A stretch of 64,000 nt of DNA from Azolla caroliniana (taxonomy: Eukaryota; Plantae; Polypodiophyta). Below the pieces are notes generated by a model. It saw only the letters and a list, made by a program, of their open reading frames with translations. It searched no databases and had not been told where the DNA came from. Within the stretch, counting starts at the first letter, position 1. Each line of letters starts with the position of its first letter. Positions 14,501-25,502 of this stretch are shown here, piece by piece. The stretch spans positions 10,602,001 through 10,666,000 of the forward strand of contig JBHGNT010000018.1 of the NCBI GenBank assembly GCA_043228905.1, written 5' to 3'. The translations under genes were made by a program, and so were the position numbers.

Positions 14501-17500
14501 CATAACAGGTAGTTTGTTCAACAACCTTTACAAGCTTGACATATATCAGAAATTTGATGACCAAAATGCATTAGCGGTGGATGCCCAAACACAAAGCACT
14601 TCTGAACTATGGCATGCTCTCGGTTTGGCCAAATTTCAGCAGCCTTGCACGGCTTAGCAAGCATGATATGGTATGCAATCTTCCTTCCATTCATGTACCA
14701 TCTAATCATGTTTGTGAGGGTTGTATTCTAGGAAAGATGCACAGGTTTTCATTTCCAAAAGATGCATGCTTGATGGTAAGAAGCTACCTCATAAGTTTTG
14801 GCTGGAAGCTGTAATGTGTGCAAACTAAGCCCAAAATGATTCTTAATGTAGTCATCTTGATTATAGGCGAGAAGATCTCATCAAAATCAACTCCATATTC
14901 CTGCTTGTATCCTTTTGCAACCAATCTTGCTTTGTACTTTGGCGAGGAATCAGAAAGGACCTTCATTTTATAAACCCATTTGCATAGAAGTGTTATCTGC
15001 CCTTTAGGCAACTGCACCAAATCCCAAGTGTCATTTTTCTCAAGAGATTCCATCTCTGACAACATGGCTTTATACCATTTCTTTTTGTCCTGTCTGTCCA
15101 TTGCTTCCTTGAAGCAAGTCGGTTCGCCACAATCAGTTACCATGACATAATCAGCCACATTGTTTGCATCATGAACAAATCTTTCAGGCTGTCTAGTAAC
15201 TCTAGACGATCTCCTAACCCAATGCTCATTGTTTGGTAGCTGTTGAGCCTGCAAAACATCATTTTCAACTTGCTGTCCAGGCATTTCAGCCTGCAAATTA
15301 GCATTAACAGCTTGCTTTTCTAGCCATTCCTGCACATTTGGTGGCTCATTATTATTGGCAAAGGCTGGCTGATCATTTCCAGCCTCATTTTCTGCATTTG
15401 CAGGTAAGTTTACAGCAGGTGTTTGCTGCTGTATAGCGGGCACATTTTTCTGTCTAAAAGGTATTTCTTCTCGGAATACAACCCTCCATACTTCCTCGGT
15501 CTTTTCGGGTTGTTTATACATGTGATTTTGACGGAAGATAACATCATTGCTGCGCACTATTTTTCTTTTCTCGGGATCCCACAATCTATACCCCATTTCA
15601 CCCTCGTCACCGTATACTAGGAAAATACATTTGCAGCACTTTGGCTCAAGTTTGTTGCGTTCTTCTTTACGAACGTGCACAAAAGCCTCACAGCCAAACA
15701 CTCTCAAGTGAGCATATGAAGGTGGCTTGCCCGACCACGCTTCTTGGGGTATTCCCCCTCCCAAAGACCTGTTAGGTGACCGATTAATCAAGTGAACAGC
15801 TGTCATAACAGCCTCTGCCCAAAAACCATGGGGTAACGCAGCATGAGACAGCATAGTAAGGACCTTATCTTGAATAGTCCGATTCATACGATCTGCAACT
15901 CCATTTTGGGGTGGATTATAAGGGGCAGTGAGTTCCCTCTTTATCCCTTTGCTGTCACAAAATGCTTGAAAAGCCTTGGATACATATTCCCCACCATTGT
16001 TAGAGCGAAGGTACTTAAGTGTCTTATCAATTTGATTCTCAACTAATGCCAAAAATGTTCGAAACTTGTTGAGCACTTCATCCTTGCTACGAATAGGGTA
16101 AACTCATACCTTCAGTGTAGCATCATCGACAAAAGTGACTAAGTATTTCTTTCCCCCTAACGATAGCCCTGGCGTCTGACATACATCCGAATGTACTAAC
16201 TCAAGCGGGGACGACTTCAGCGAAAGAGACTTTTTATGAGATGTTTGTACATGTTTACCATAAATGCAATGATCACAATGTTCAAAATCAGCATAACGAA
16301 GACATGGCAAGTAACCCAAACGAGACAATACTTTCATACCAGTTTCACTCATGTGTCCCAACCGGCCATGCCACAAAGAAACACTAGGCTGCTCGGTTAT
16401 GGCAACAACATGGTCACTCACACTAGATACATGGAGCGGATACAAAGTATCACTTTTACTACCCTTGGCAATAACTCTAGATCCCTTACTAATCTTCCAT
16501 TTCCTATCACCAAAGGTGCTGTGAAATCCATCGTCATCTAGCTGTCCTGTGCTAATCAAGCTCTTCTTGAGCTGAGCTACATGCCGTACATGCTGAAGTG
16601 TGAAAGCAAAACCATGTTGAAACTGTAATTGCACAGTGCCTATACCTGCAATTTCACATGCATAGTTGTCCCCAAGATGGACAACACCATGTCGACCCCT
16701 TGTGTAATTTTAAAACCACTCACGATGAGGGGTGACGTGAAAAGAAGCTCCGGAATTGAGTATCCAAGTGTTCATGTCACCATCCATATCTGCAAGTAAA
16801 GCATGTTCTCTATGGCATGATGAAACAAAGAGTACATCATTTCCACTATCACTATCATGAGTGACTACATTCACCTCTTCAATTTTAGTATTGCCTTTCC
16901 TCGGTTGAATGTCTCTCTTTTCTTCTATGAAATCATCTATCTTCTTGCCCTTTCCTTTCTCTTTCTTCCATTTGAAACAATCACGTTTAAAGTGACCCTT
17001 TTTGCCACCGACTCATCTCTTCCATGAGTAGAGAACTCTCTACATCGGCATAAAGAAGCATCGCATTTGAATTGCTCATAGCAGTCCTGAAAGTATCCCA
17101 ACTTTCTGGCAAGGTGCAAAGTAAAAACCTGGCCTTCACCTCATCATCAATGATGAATTTCAAGGCAACCAGCTGGCTGAAAATGGAATTGAACTCATTC
17201 AGGTGAGTTGACATGGGTGTACCCTCTGTCATGCACACATCCATAAGTTTCTTAAGCCAATAAACTTTGCTAGCTGCCGTCTTCTGGGCATACAGTTCCT
17301 CTAGCCTAGTCCATATAGAATAGGCATAGTCCAAACCTTCAATTTTAAACAAGGCATCAGAAATTGACAACTCAATAGTTGAGTGTGCAAACTCGTTCAA
17401 CTCTTGCCAATCATCTTCGTCCATATTTGTAGGCTTTATCCCTTTGACTTTAATAGGCTTTGCATTCTTCTTATGCAACAGGATGTTGTAGCATTGCTTT

Positions 17501-18807
17501 TTCCAAACAGCTTCTTGATGTGCAAAAGGTGGCTACTTTCACTGCTGCTAGTCATGATTTCTTAGCCCAAACGAAGGACCAAACCTGCACTGCAGAAAAC
17601 GTGACTTGCTCTGCAGAAAAATCTAAACTTTGCTCTGCTGAAAACCCCAAACTCTACTCTGTAGAAAACCCTAAACTTTGCTCTGCAGAAAACTCTAAGC
17701 TCTGCTTTGCAAAAAACCCTAAACTTTGCTCTGCCGAAAATCCTAAACCTAGCTCTGATACCAATTTGAAGGCAGCAAGAGGATTAGGGTTTAGGTAAAT
17801 AACAGAGAGGGAGAGAGTCTGAGTGAGAGACAAAGGGAGAGAGAGAGATGCACGTTGTCTTGGGTACAAAGAGTGTACCTCTTCTTTGGTTTTTAGATAT
17901 TTTGTATATACAAGTCAAAAGTGTGCTACGAGTGCGTTCACACTCGTGCACTAATAAAAGGCATGATGGCCATTTATTCCCAACATAATGTGCAAGTTTT
18001 GCATCAGCAACGACATGCTCTAAACAGAGATGTAGAGCAGCCAAGCAATGTTCAAATTGATCTGTTGCAACAGCCCAATGTAGTTGAAAATGAGCAACCA
18101 AACATTGTTGATAATAATGCTGACTCACAGGTCATTAATCCACATGATCTTGACATGGAATTGGAGGAAGAACAAGCCTCTTCTCAGCATGCAAGAACAG
18201 TTCCTAAATGGCTGATTAACACCTTTATGGACAGCAAACTCAAGTTTCCTCTTCAAGGTAAAACCCGGTCAACTATTCAGCAAGCTGAACTGCATTATGT
18301 GCATCATGCTCTTAACGCTGAAATTTGTGATGAGGAACCACTCTTTCTTAAGGATGCATTAGCACATGACCATTGGGTTGAAGCCATGAAATCCCAGGGC
18401 TATTGCAAGAAATCCCGTCTTCCATGCACGAACAAAACACATTGAGGTGCACTATCATTATGTGAGGAAGACGAAAGAAATATTAACATCTTTTAAGAGG
18501 CCAAAATGGCCTATAAGACCAAATAAGAGATTATATCTTGAGTGTTGTTTCATCTTTGAGAAAAAACGAGGGAATCTGGTTTTTGGCACATGTGAGATTC
18601 TCAAGTTAGGTATATTGTAGCTTTTGTCTTCGAAAGATCTCTAGCATAGGTCGATTCAGAATGGAAATGTCTCCGAAGCGAGGGAAGCACCTACGATGGC
18701 GGGAGATAATGGCTTTTATCTGTCGATGACAAGGGTGTAGAGGTCGTGATCCATGGGGCCGGGCCCTACATGCACGGCAAATTGCTATTGCCCTATCAAT
18801 TGTAACC

Positions 18808-18853
<46 letters not shown>

Positions 18854-20250
18854 AAGAGGGAGTATAAGAGGGAGTATAAGAGGGAGAGATTAGCTGACTG
18901 TAGTATTAAGATTTAGAATTTCTGTACAAAGGTTTGAAGGTTCTTTAAGATTTACAACCTCCGTACGAAAGCAATCTTCATGGCGTTCTTATTATCTTAG
19001 AGTAGTGACTAATTTAGAACTAGATTGGATGATATACACAATTGTTAATATCCTCTTTCTTTTTGGGGAGAGTGAAGCAGATCGTATTTGTTTGAGAACA
19101 ATAATTCAAACCCATGGTTGAACCCTGTACTTGAACACTAGTGCAGATATAAAAGCTGTTAATTGGTAAGTCACCTGCAGTCACTGTTTGACATCAAGAT
19201 GATATAGCACACCAAGGTTGTCAAAGTTGAATCATGTTGGTTTATTTATCTGGAAATAGAACTATAGGGTATGCAAGAGAGGTGTCCATAGTAAGCTTCA
19301 TTGTGGTTTTCTCCTGTTCAGACTGTTATTGCACGGCGAGTTGATATCCTTGTGATGTCATCTGATGGACCGATTGGTGCGTATGTGAATGGCTCTGGTT
19401 ATGTGCATGAAACATTGACTCTCCGGAAGGCACACGGATTGATTTTGCAAGGACGAGCCGAAACATCGAATAGCTGGTTTCCTGGGTATGTGTTTATTTG
19501 TTGGGATCTTGATGAAAATGTCATTATCTCCTTTTGTTACTCTCTTTAATGAGTTAAATATGCAGTTGTAAACTTTGATAGGACAATGTTGTCTTCTATA
19601 GATGTTATTATATCGTCCTTTTCTTCTTTGAAAGATGCTTGTTAGGGTCTTATTTGATAAGAAAGCACGTCTATTTGATTTTCTGGAAAAACATGGAAAT
19701 ACCCCTTTTTGTTTGAACATTATCAGAATTCCCTAGAAATTTAACAGAGTACTAAAATACCCCCTTTGTACTAGTAAATTTTGTATTATGAGGGGGTATT
19801 CTTGTAATTCTTGAAAATTTTGGAGTAATAGTAGTAAATTGTCTACTCTCAACGGGTATTCTGGGAATTTCTGAAAATTCAGGAGCATTGTGATAAATAC
19901 CCAACAAGATAGTTGTATGAAAACTTTGAAGTAACAGAAGTAACTTTGTATTCTCATGGGGTATTCTGGGAATTCCTAGAATATTAGAGATATTGTGGTA
20001 AATACCCAACAAATTAGGGGTATGTGGTCTTCTATCCACTTTAGAATATGAGAGATGACAAAATTTAACTAAAGCTGAGTGAGCATGCAGTTATTCTTGG
20101 ACAATCGCTGACTGTAGCACCTGTGAATCTCACATGGGATGGTTATTTAGAGCTGTGAAGGAGGGTTTGCATCCAACGCAATTTTGGGGTCTACGCCGAT
20201 CTCAGCTTGTTGAGAAAGCTTCATTTGGTGGCGGAAATCGAATACCGTGA
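2426..20250 (+). CDS. CRBN: Cereblon homolog (Lon N-terminal domain plus CULT/thalidomide-binding domain), 10 exons, about 523 aa
   Basis: Exons 2426-2553, 8084-8175, 8247-8324, 8406-8518, 9814-9879, 10130-10231, 10310-10772, 11440-11645, 19322-19485, 20091-20250 sum to 1572 nt and stay in frame, all with GT-AG introns. Motifs: ELEAEQLEVEEVD, FTFDTSLASMHSYLG, LPMFYLEGIVLFPEETLPLRV, ASVGTTAEI, GQQRFR, CKNC...GYVHET...[24 protein letters not shown]. Confidence 0.93.
3750..4500 (+). mobile_element. Degenerate 3'-terminal fragments of a non-LTR (LINE) family in CRBN intron 1
   Basis: KVMEYKD-like ORF2 C-terminal remnant near 3820; GCAATTTGTCATGCACGTAGGCC motif; terminal motif ATTTTGGCCTCTTAAAA near 4377 and 4473, shared with 7826 and inverted at 18490. 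Confidence 0.7.
4500..5720 (+). mobile_element. 5'-truncated LINE ORF2 fragment (RT C-half plus C-terminal Cys region)
   Basis: ILLYADDIVLI, INMDKTKLM, YTYLGV, LLYGVETWG, SHQLEIEVSRY...KICELCHQGVE; stops and frameshifts. Confidence 0.9.
6030..7860 (+). mobile_element. Several more head-to-tail LINE 3' fragments of the same family
   Basis: Repeated GGTAATGGAATACGAAGACCAATG (KVMEYEDQ) near 6316, 6525 and 7030; repeated GGGGTTACAATAGATYGGGCAATAGCAATTTGTCG; the most complete 3' end is at about 7465-7850. Confidence 0.8.
8084..8175 (+). CDS. CRBN: CRBN exon 2 (NAGNAG acceptor, alternative start 8087)
   Basis: ...GGFTFDTSLASMHSYLG; TAGCAG acceptor; GT donor at 8176. Confidence 0.88.
8247..8324 (+). 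CDS. CRBN: CRBN exon 3
   Basis: EVDNVVCRRSFLDGGRILTLPMFYLEG; CAG acceptor, GTGAG donor. Confidence 0.9.
8406..8518 (+). CDS. CRBN: CRBN exon 4
   Basis: IVLFPEETLPLRVIQPRFKAAVELAMKQENAPCTIGV. Confidence 0.9.
9814..9879 (+). CDS. CRBN: CRBN exon 5
   Basis: IHVRTRRQGDGLHFASVGTTAE. Confidence 0.9.
10130..10231 (+). CDS. CRBN: CRBN exon 6
   Basis: IRRVRRLEDGSINVVTWGQQRFRIKRAWTDADGV. Confidence 0.9.
10310..10772 (+). CDS. CRBN: CRBN exon 7
   Basis: PCAEVQIIPE...RIPRDAFG...acidic linker...WPHWVYRMYDAYALARRAA. Confidence 0.9.
11440..11645 (+). CDS. CRBN: CRBN exon 8
   Basis: DMWRQ...LSYYIASKIPVQDETRQELLEIDG...IRCKNCM (first zinc CxxC). Confidence 0.9.
11968..12403. repeat. Probable solo or partial LTR in CRBN intron 8
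   Basis: Starts TGTTG and ends near GTTACA; LTR-like composition; no target-site duplication found. Confidence 0.35.
14821..17985 (-). mobile_element. Nested Ty1/copia element (5' LTR 17767-17985, PBS 17752-17763, gag-PR-INT, truncated in RT)
   Basis: Reverse-complement TGGTATCAGAGC; UBN2-like gag, WILNSGASFH, HSDVC...VTFVDD, TAPYNPPQNGVADRMNRT, WDLVQLP; truncated at LGLV. Confidence 0.92.
17585..17750. repeat. About seven 24-bp tandem repeats in the copia leader (unit CTCTGCAGAAAACCCTAAACTTTG)
   Basis: Visible periodicity; translates as repeated CSAENPKL. Confidence 0.85.
18478..18808 (-). mobile_element. LINE 3'-end fragment (same family as in intron 1), inverted, next to a (GA)n run at 18809-18850
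   Basis: Reverse complement aligns by eye with 7465-7850, including AATCTCTTATTTGGTCTTATAGGCCATTTTGGCCTCTTAAAAGA. Confidence 0.85.
19322..19485 (+). CDS. CRBN: CRBN exon 9 (CULT domain)
   Basis: [55 protein letters not shown]. Confidence 0.92.
20091..20250 (+). CDS. CRBN: CRBN exon 10 (terminal)
   Basis: [39 protein letters not shown]...IP* (TGA ends at 20250). Confidence 0.92.
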
Positions 20251-21887
20251 TCTTTCAACTAAAGAAGTAAGGTCCATTTTTTTCTCTCACAAGCCAAGAG
20301 ATTGTCTTTAATGATATGGCTGTGAAAGTTTGGTTCCAAGGTTGTGAACATTTACCTTTGAAAAGCGTGCCTCCCCTGTATGTACATAAGAGAGCTGAGG
20401 ACAATGGGCGTTATTCTTAAGAGGCCTGGTTGTATGATCAACAATGAAATTAGCTAGCTTTTTACATTTTGTATGTATGATCAACAGTGTCATTATAGGT
20501 AATCCTTTTTTTACAATGAAAATGTGAGAAAAATGGGTAAAATTGTAATGCATGCGTGTAAAGTTTTCCCTCGCTGTCTTTTTGTTTAGCTCTTGGACAA
20601 TGTCAAAGTTGGTGATATGGTATGATGCTATGAGTAGGATGCTTGAACGCAACAAGGGAAAAATATTGAAAAATATCATGGGGAGATAATTCAATATTCT
20701 GTTTCTCTTGGTATTATGTGGCATGTATTTCATGCTTCTATTTGCTTATATTTAGTTTAAACCATATGAATGGTCTTGATCCACTTTCTGATTCATTTAG
20801 TTTATTTTAAATTGTTGATTGACTACTTACTTCATGGCTCCTGCGAGTTTCACATGCACAACTCTTGTTTCTCTTTAAGTAAGAGTGTTGATTGGTATAA
20901 ACCTTCCTCAAATAGTCTTAGAAGGCTATATATTTTATCCATTTGGTCTTAGAACATAAATGTAAATGAGGAAAGGGCTGAGTATTGGTAGAAATCTTCC
21001 TCAAATAGTCTTGTGTGAACTCGAGTTTTGTTTTAATGTTATAAGGCTATGTATTTTATCTATTTGATCGAAGAACATAAATGTAAATAAGAATAGGGCT
21101 TTTATTGATATCAGCCATCATCTTTTTGTGAATATTGATTGTCCTTCACAAATTCACAAGAACTTGTTTTCACATGAATTGGGAGGATTAAGTTAATAAG
21201 TAAAAACACGTGATATTCTAATTATTTCACAAAATTCCTTTGATTGGCCTTTGAGAGAAACAAAGTGGATCCATGGACACCTTGATATTGATTGTAATTG
21301 ATTATCTAATTGCTTGTGAGTATAATGTTCTTAAGGTGGAGTTGGCCAATTGCATTCGGGGAATTAGTGAAGACTTGGAGAAAGTTCACGTGTTTTTAGA
21401 TAATTATCCAAAGAATATGTAGACCTAGTTTTGACAATTTAGTAGATTCATGAGAGAGAAAGTATCAAGAGTTGCTAAGCTCCTCAAGAATGAAAAGTGC
21501 CCTTCATGGCTGATTTACATGTGTTCAGCATTGTCTTTAGAAGATTAATTAAGTTTGTAGAAGACTTCTAAAGCAACTTATTTTTTCATTTCTCACAAAT
21601 AAGTTATTTGTTTTGTGGAACTGGGAATATCGTATCAATTGGTACTTGGTTTGATGTTAGGGAGAAGTGTCAAGACAACCCCCTTAAATAACATTTTCTC
21701 TCACAATCCCCAAATGGTTTTCTTTCTTCAGAGCATGGAGGTTAATATGGGCATTGCTTGAACAACATAAATTATTACTCAGGATATTTTATCGTAAAAA
21801 ATATAGCAAGGTGCAATGATGATGTAAACGTATCAAACTTACAATAGAAAGATAGGATTCAAATATGACCTATAAGAAAGGGTATTA

Positions 21888-22349
21888 TGAAAGATTAAGA
21901 TCCGAGACAATAGAAAACAGAAAACCTAAAACACAAGCACAAACAAGAAACACAGGATTTACGTGGAAACCCTAAACCAGGGAAAAACCATGGGTGCCCT
22001 TTGGTCTCCAAAACTTCACTATGATATAGAAGAGTGTACAAGCAGTTATCGTACTCCCTAGATTACTAGGAGAACCACCGATATTTTGATAGGACTACAG
22101 CCTTCTGAGGGGTTTTGTATACACCCTCTTATCTCTCACGTTCTCCCTAAGTTTCTATATACATACACCTTATGAGTGATGTTTTTCCCCTAACTTATTT
22201 TCCTTATATATGTATGTGTATAGTCTGGGCAAACCAGCCGACCCATTTTCGGCCTGCCGACCAGCCGATTCCAACTAGTCGGGCCCACTTTCAGCCTCGA
22301 GGCTGTGTCGTCGTCCCCCATCAATCAGGAGGAACACACATACACAACA
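21888..22349 (-). repeat. Solo LTR (copia-type)
   Basis: TG...CA ends flanked by TATTA/TGTTA (4/5 TSD); motif GATTTACGTGGAAACCC...GGGAAAAACCA is also present in the LTR at about 62335. Confidence 0.6.
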
Positions 22350-22559
22350 TGTTAGTAGTGAGCCTCTTATTATTAGTAAGTACTATTGCAACTAGTAGCC
22401 GGTCTTGTCCAGAGAGCCGTCAGTCAATGTTGGGACAAACAAGATGGATAATTAATAAGCGTTGGTGGGGTGGGGCTGGCTCCACTTGATGAGAAACAGG
22501 AAGGAAAGTGAGATAGAAAGGCCTTGGGCCAAATATTAATAATATTGTAGGTTCTCCAG

Positions 22560-22711
22560 AGGAAATGCTGATGCTGATGCTGATGATGGGGACTCGGAAG
22601 GGGAAAGGAGTAGGCTGGCTTGGAAGGTTTCTTTGTGGGATGTATGTATGTATGTATGTATATGTATGATGTGTGTATGTACAGTATGTATGTACTTCCA
22701 CATTTTATACA

Positions 22712-22742
<31 letters not shown>

Positions 22743-23012
22743 GTACATATGTTCAAGAGGAACGGCGGCGGTTGGTCAGCGGAACATGAAAAACAGTTAA
22801 CCATCATCGCATGCATTTACATCACATCACATCACATCACATCACATGTCATATACATAACATATAACATACTCACCCACCTCCTCTCATCCTTACTATT
22901 ATAATTGTTGCTTTCTTCCCCTCTCACATTCTCTCTCTCTCTCTCTCTCCTCCTCCACACACATCCTCCCTCCATTCTGAGACAGAGACAGAGACAGAGA
23001 CAGAGACAGAGA
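22560..23012. repeat. Microsatellite cluster: (TATG)n, (CATA)n, (ATCAC)n, (CT)n, (GAGACA)n
   Basis: Directly visible. Confidence 0.9.
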
Positions 23013-23016
23013 GGCA

Positions 23017-23748
23017 ATGACAGGTGTAAACATCGAGAATTGTTGTGTAAAGAGAGGCAAGAAGAAGAAAATGAGGAATTATATTGCAGAAGAGGAGAAG
23101 AGGAAAGAAGAAGAGGAGGAGGAGGAGCAGGATTATTTGTGGAGTACAAGCAACAGAGAATATGGGAACTTCTACCACCTTGATACCTCCACTGGTGCCT
23201 GGACCATCATCATCCAGACACAACCCCCAATTCCAAAAGACCATGCTACCACCATTATCAACCATAACATTAATCCTAATAATAATCATAGCACCACCAC
23301 CAGCAGCAACACCAAGAAGCTCGCCAAGGTGGTCGCTGCTACAACGCCCATACCCATGCCCATGCCCACAACGTGTGTACCTTGCAAGCGAGAATTCGAT
23401 GCCCTCCGTGACGAACTTGAGCAATGCAAAGCTCGACTCAACCTCCTCCTCTCCACTTGCACTTGCTCCTCCTCCCACCTCCTCACCATATCTGCTAATG
23501 CTAATAATTCTTCTTCTTCATATCCCCCCCCTCCTCCTCTTCCTACATCTCCAACTCACCATGGCAATGATGATACTAATGACCATCAGCACCACCGTCC
23601 ATCACCTATTGTCCCACTGCATACATCGACTCACCATCACCATCACCATGCTCCTCCTCCTCCTCCTCCTCCGTCGTCATCATCCACTGCAAGTAAGTCT
23701 GAAATTGACACGAATTTAAAATGCCATCTCATGATGCACACTAACTAG
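23017..23748 (+). CDS. Putative orphan single-exon protein (243 aa), low-complexity with a short coiled coil
   Basis: Uninterrupted ORF; TATA-like TATTATAA near 22896 and CT-rich leader; non-repetitive cores YGNFYHLDTSTGAWTIIIQTQPPIP and CVPCKREFDALRDELEQCKARLNLLL; no TE motifs. Confidence 0.5.
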   Translation: MTGVNIENCCVKRGKKKKMRNYIAEEEKRKEEEEEEEQDYLWSTSNREYGNFYHLDTSTGAWTIIIQTQPPIPKDHATTIINHNINPNNNHSTTTSSNTKKLAKVVAATTPIPMPMPTTCVPCKREFDALRDELEQCKARLNLLLSTCTCSSSHLLTISANANNSSSSYPPPPPLPTSPTHHGNDDTNDHQHHRPSPIVPLHTSTHHHHHHAPPPPPPPSSSSTASKSEIDTNLKCHLMMHTN

Positions 23749-25010
23749 TACCTGTCGATTTTGCCTTCATGTATATATACATATATACACATACATATAC
23801 ATATATATATATATATATATGTATGTATGTGTGTGTGTATATATAGAGAGGGAGAGAGCAGGCGTCCTACTATACATCATGTATAAATAAATAAATGATT
23901 GGGAGTAAGTAGTATATATGTACATGTATGTATATTGACATAGATGTGTAGTAAGTGTACTATATACTTTGTGTGTAACCAGCAGACTTGCAACATGGAA
24001 AGCAGCATTCACAAAGTCGTCGCGATCCTCCTCCTCCGCAAAGAAGTGGTGCTGCAGGCAACAACAACAACTGCATCAAGTCTTATAATAATAATAACTA
24101 CAAGTAAGTACCAGAGCATACCTTTATTTATGAATCGTTTTGAGTAGGGTGTCGAATGTACATTAAGCAAGCATCCATTAATAGGGTGTAGAATCGTTTT
24201 GAGTAGGGTTTAGAGGGAAACACATCCACACATCCACACATCCACACATCCATTATATGATTGATTGCATGTATATCTTCAAGTTTTTGCATGATACATA
24301 ACTCGCCAAAATTTTAGAGAGAATGCAAGCACGCTGATCGAAATCTAATCATCACATTGTTTTAATGACAGGATGAAAAAGATTCAAAAGGCCAAATGCA
24401 ATCCTTTCTTATAGATGCCTAATCGACTCCTGTAATTGTACACGAAATTATGATTGATAATTTTCTTAACATCAAATGTGTTGGGGGCTGGACATCATTA
24501 AACTCCCCAAGACGCTCCCCATCCTGCTGCAAGTGCCGTCCGTCTTAATGCTTGTGCTCTTTATTTAGTTCTCTAAATTGGTCTACTGACCCTCCAGAAG
24601 CCGCTGGGTGGAAAGCGTATTTAGAACCTAATTAGGAGATTATACATGTATTCAAATCCTCCAGATACATATTGCAGACACTGATATTGCCATGCCATAA
24701 TGATATAAATTATTGGCAGAAAATCATATTTTGCTTGCTTTTTCAACTAATTTTATCCACCTTCGTTGATGCCTACACAATGAACATGCTAAAAAATTAA
24801 ATGTGGGGAATATCCTTGTCATGCTTAGTAAAAAACCGGCACATAATTTTGTAAGCCATGGCAAATGTGAGATTAATGCAATGCTCAACGAATGCATGCC
24901 CGAAGCTACATGTTTTGCTGAAACCCAGAATAATTAGAGGAAATGAAGATACGCCAAATAGGAGTTCCATTGTCACTGTAGCTAATGTAGCTAAGGATCG
25001 GCAACGATTC

Positions 25011-25145
25011 GGTTTAGACTTAACCGGTTTGACCTTATCCAAGCCAAACCGGTTAAGCCTATACCGTTTTGAGCTTCTCAAACCTGAACCAAACTGATCC
25101 CGAAACTGGTTTATGAGCCCAGTTTGGAACCAGTTTGGGAACCTC
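25011..25145. mobile_element. Possible DNA-transposon (hAT-like) terminal fragment
   Basis: Starts TAAGGATCGGCAAC, followed by clustered AACCGG/CCGGTT subterminal motifs; other end not found. Confidence 0.35.
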
Positions 25146-25396
25146 ACAATTATTCTTCTTCCCCTCAACCTCAACAACATCATCACCATCTCAGATACAA
25201 ATATATGATGGCTATGAAGACATGCATGACAATTTCCCCGCTTCTATAAGACACCGTGCTTGCTAGCTTACTTAGCACATGGACATGGCTTGCCCTCGGC
25301 CTTGCCACCATAGCCACCGTAATCCGGGCTTTCCTCACTTGGCCTTGTCTCTATGAACCTCTCTCTCTCTTCCTCCCACAAATCAATCCAATATGT

Positions 25397-25502
25397 TAGG
25401 TAACGAAAATGAGTCCGCTATAGCAGATAAGGAAAAGGAAGCCATAACATATTAGGTAACGAAAATGAGTCCGCTATAGCAGATAAAAAAAGGAAAGCCA
25501 TA
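25397..25502. repeat. About 55-bp direct tandem duplication
   Basis: TTAGGTAACGAAAATGAGTCCGCTATAGCAGATAA...AAGCCATAA occurs twice. Confidence 0.85.

Larger units (their letters stand above)
12406..18470 (+). mobile_element. Internally deleted Ty1/copia element (5' LTR about 12406-12720, PBS 12723-12734, gag from 13169) in CRBN intron 8, interrupted by a second copia
   Basis: PBS TGGTATCAGAGC (tRNA-iMet); KLDGTNYPMW gag start, CNYCRKLGHDISKC zinc knuckle, FDNGASKH protease, CEGCILGKMH; resumes at 17986 and jumps to NPVFHARTKHIEVHYH, so the RT is deleted. Confidence 0.9.

Noticed and set aside
17460-17798. ORF with CSAENPKL repeats
   Set aside because: It is simply the translation of the 24-bp leader repeat, antisense to the element
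14812-17990. TAATG on both sides of the nested copia as a possible TSD
   Set aside because: The left junction lies inside RT with no 3' LTR, and host sequence is missing between the flanks, so the match is coincidental and the junction is a deletion
19730-20030. Internally repetitive segment in CRBN intron 9 (GGGTATTCTGGGAATT, TAAATACCCAACAA)
   Set aside because: Probably a TE remnant, but I could not define termini or a TSD
22924-23719. Alternative overlapping ORFs (22924-23478 on -, 23084-23719 on +)
   Set aside because: These are by-products of trinucleotide low complexity; only the 23017 frame has complex, protein-like blocks
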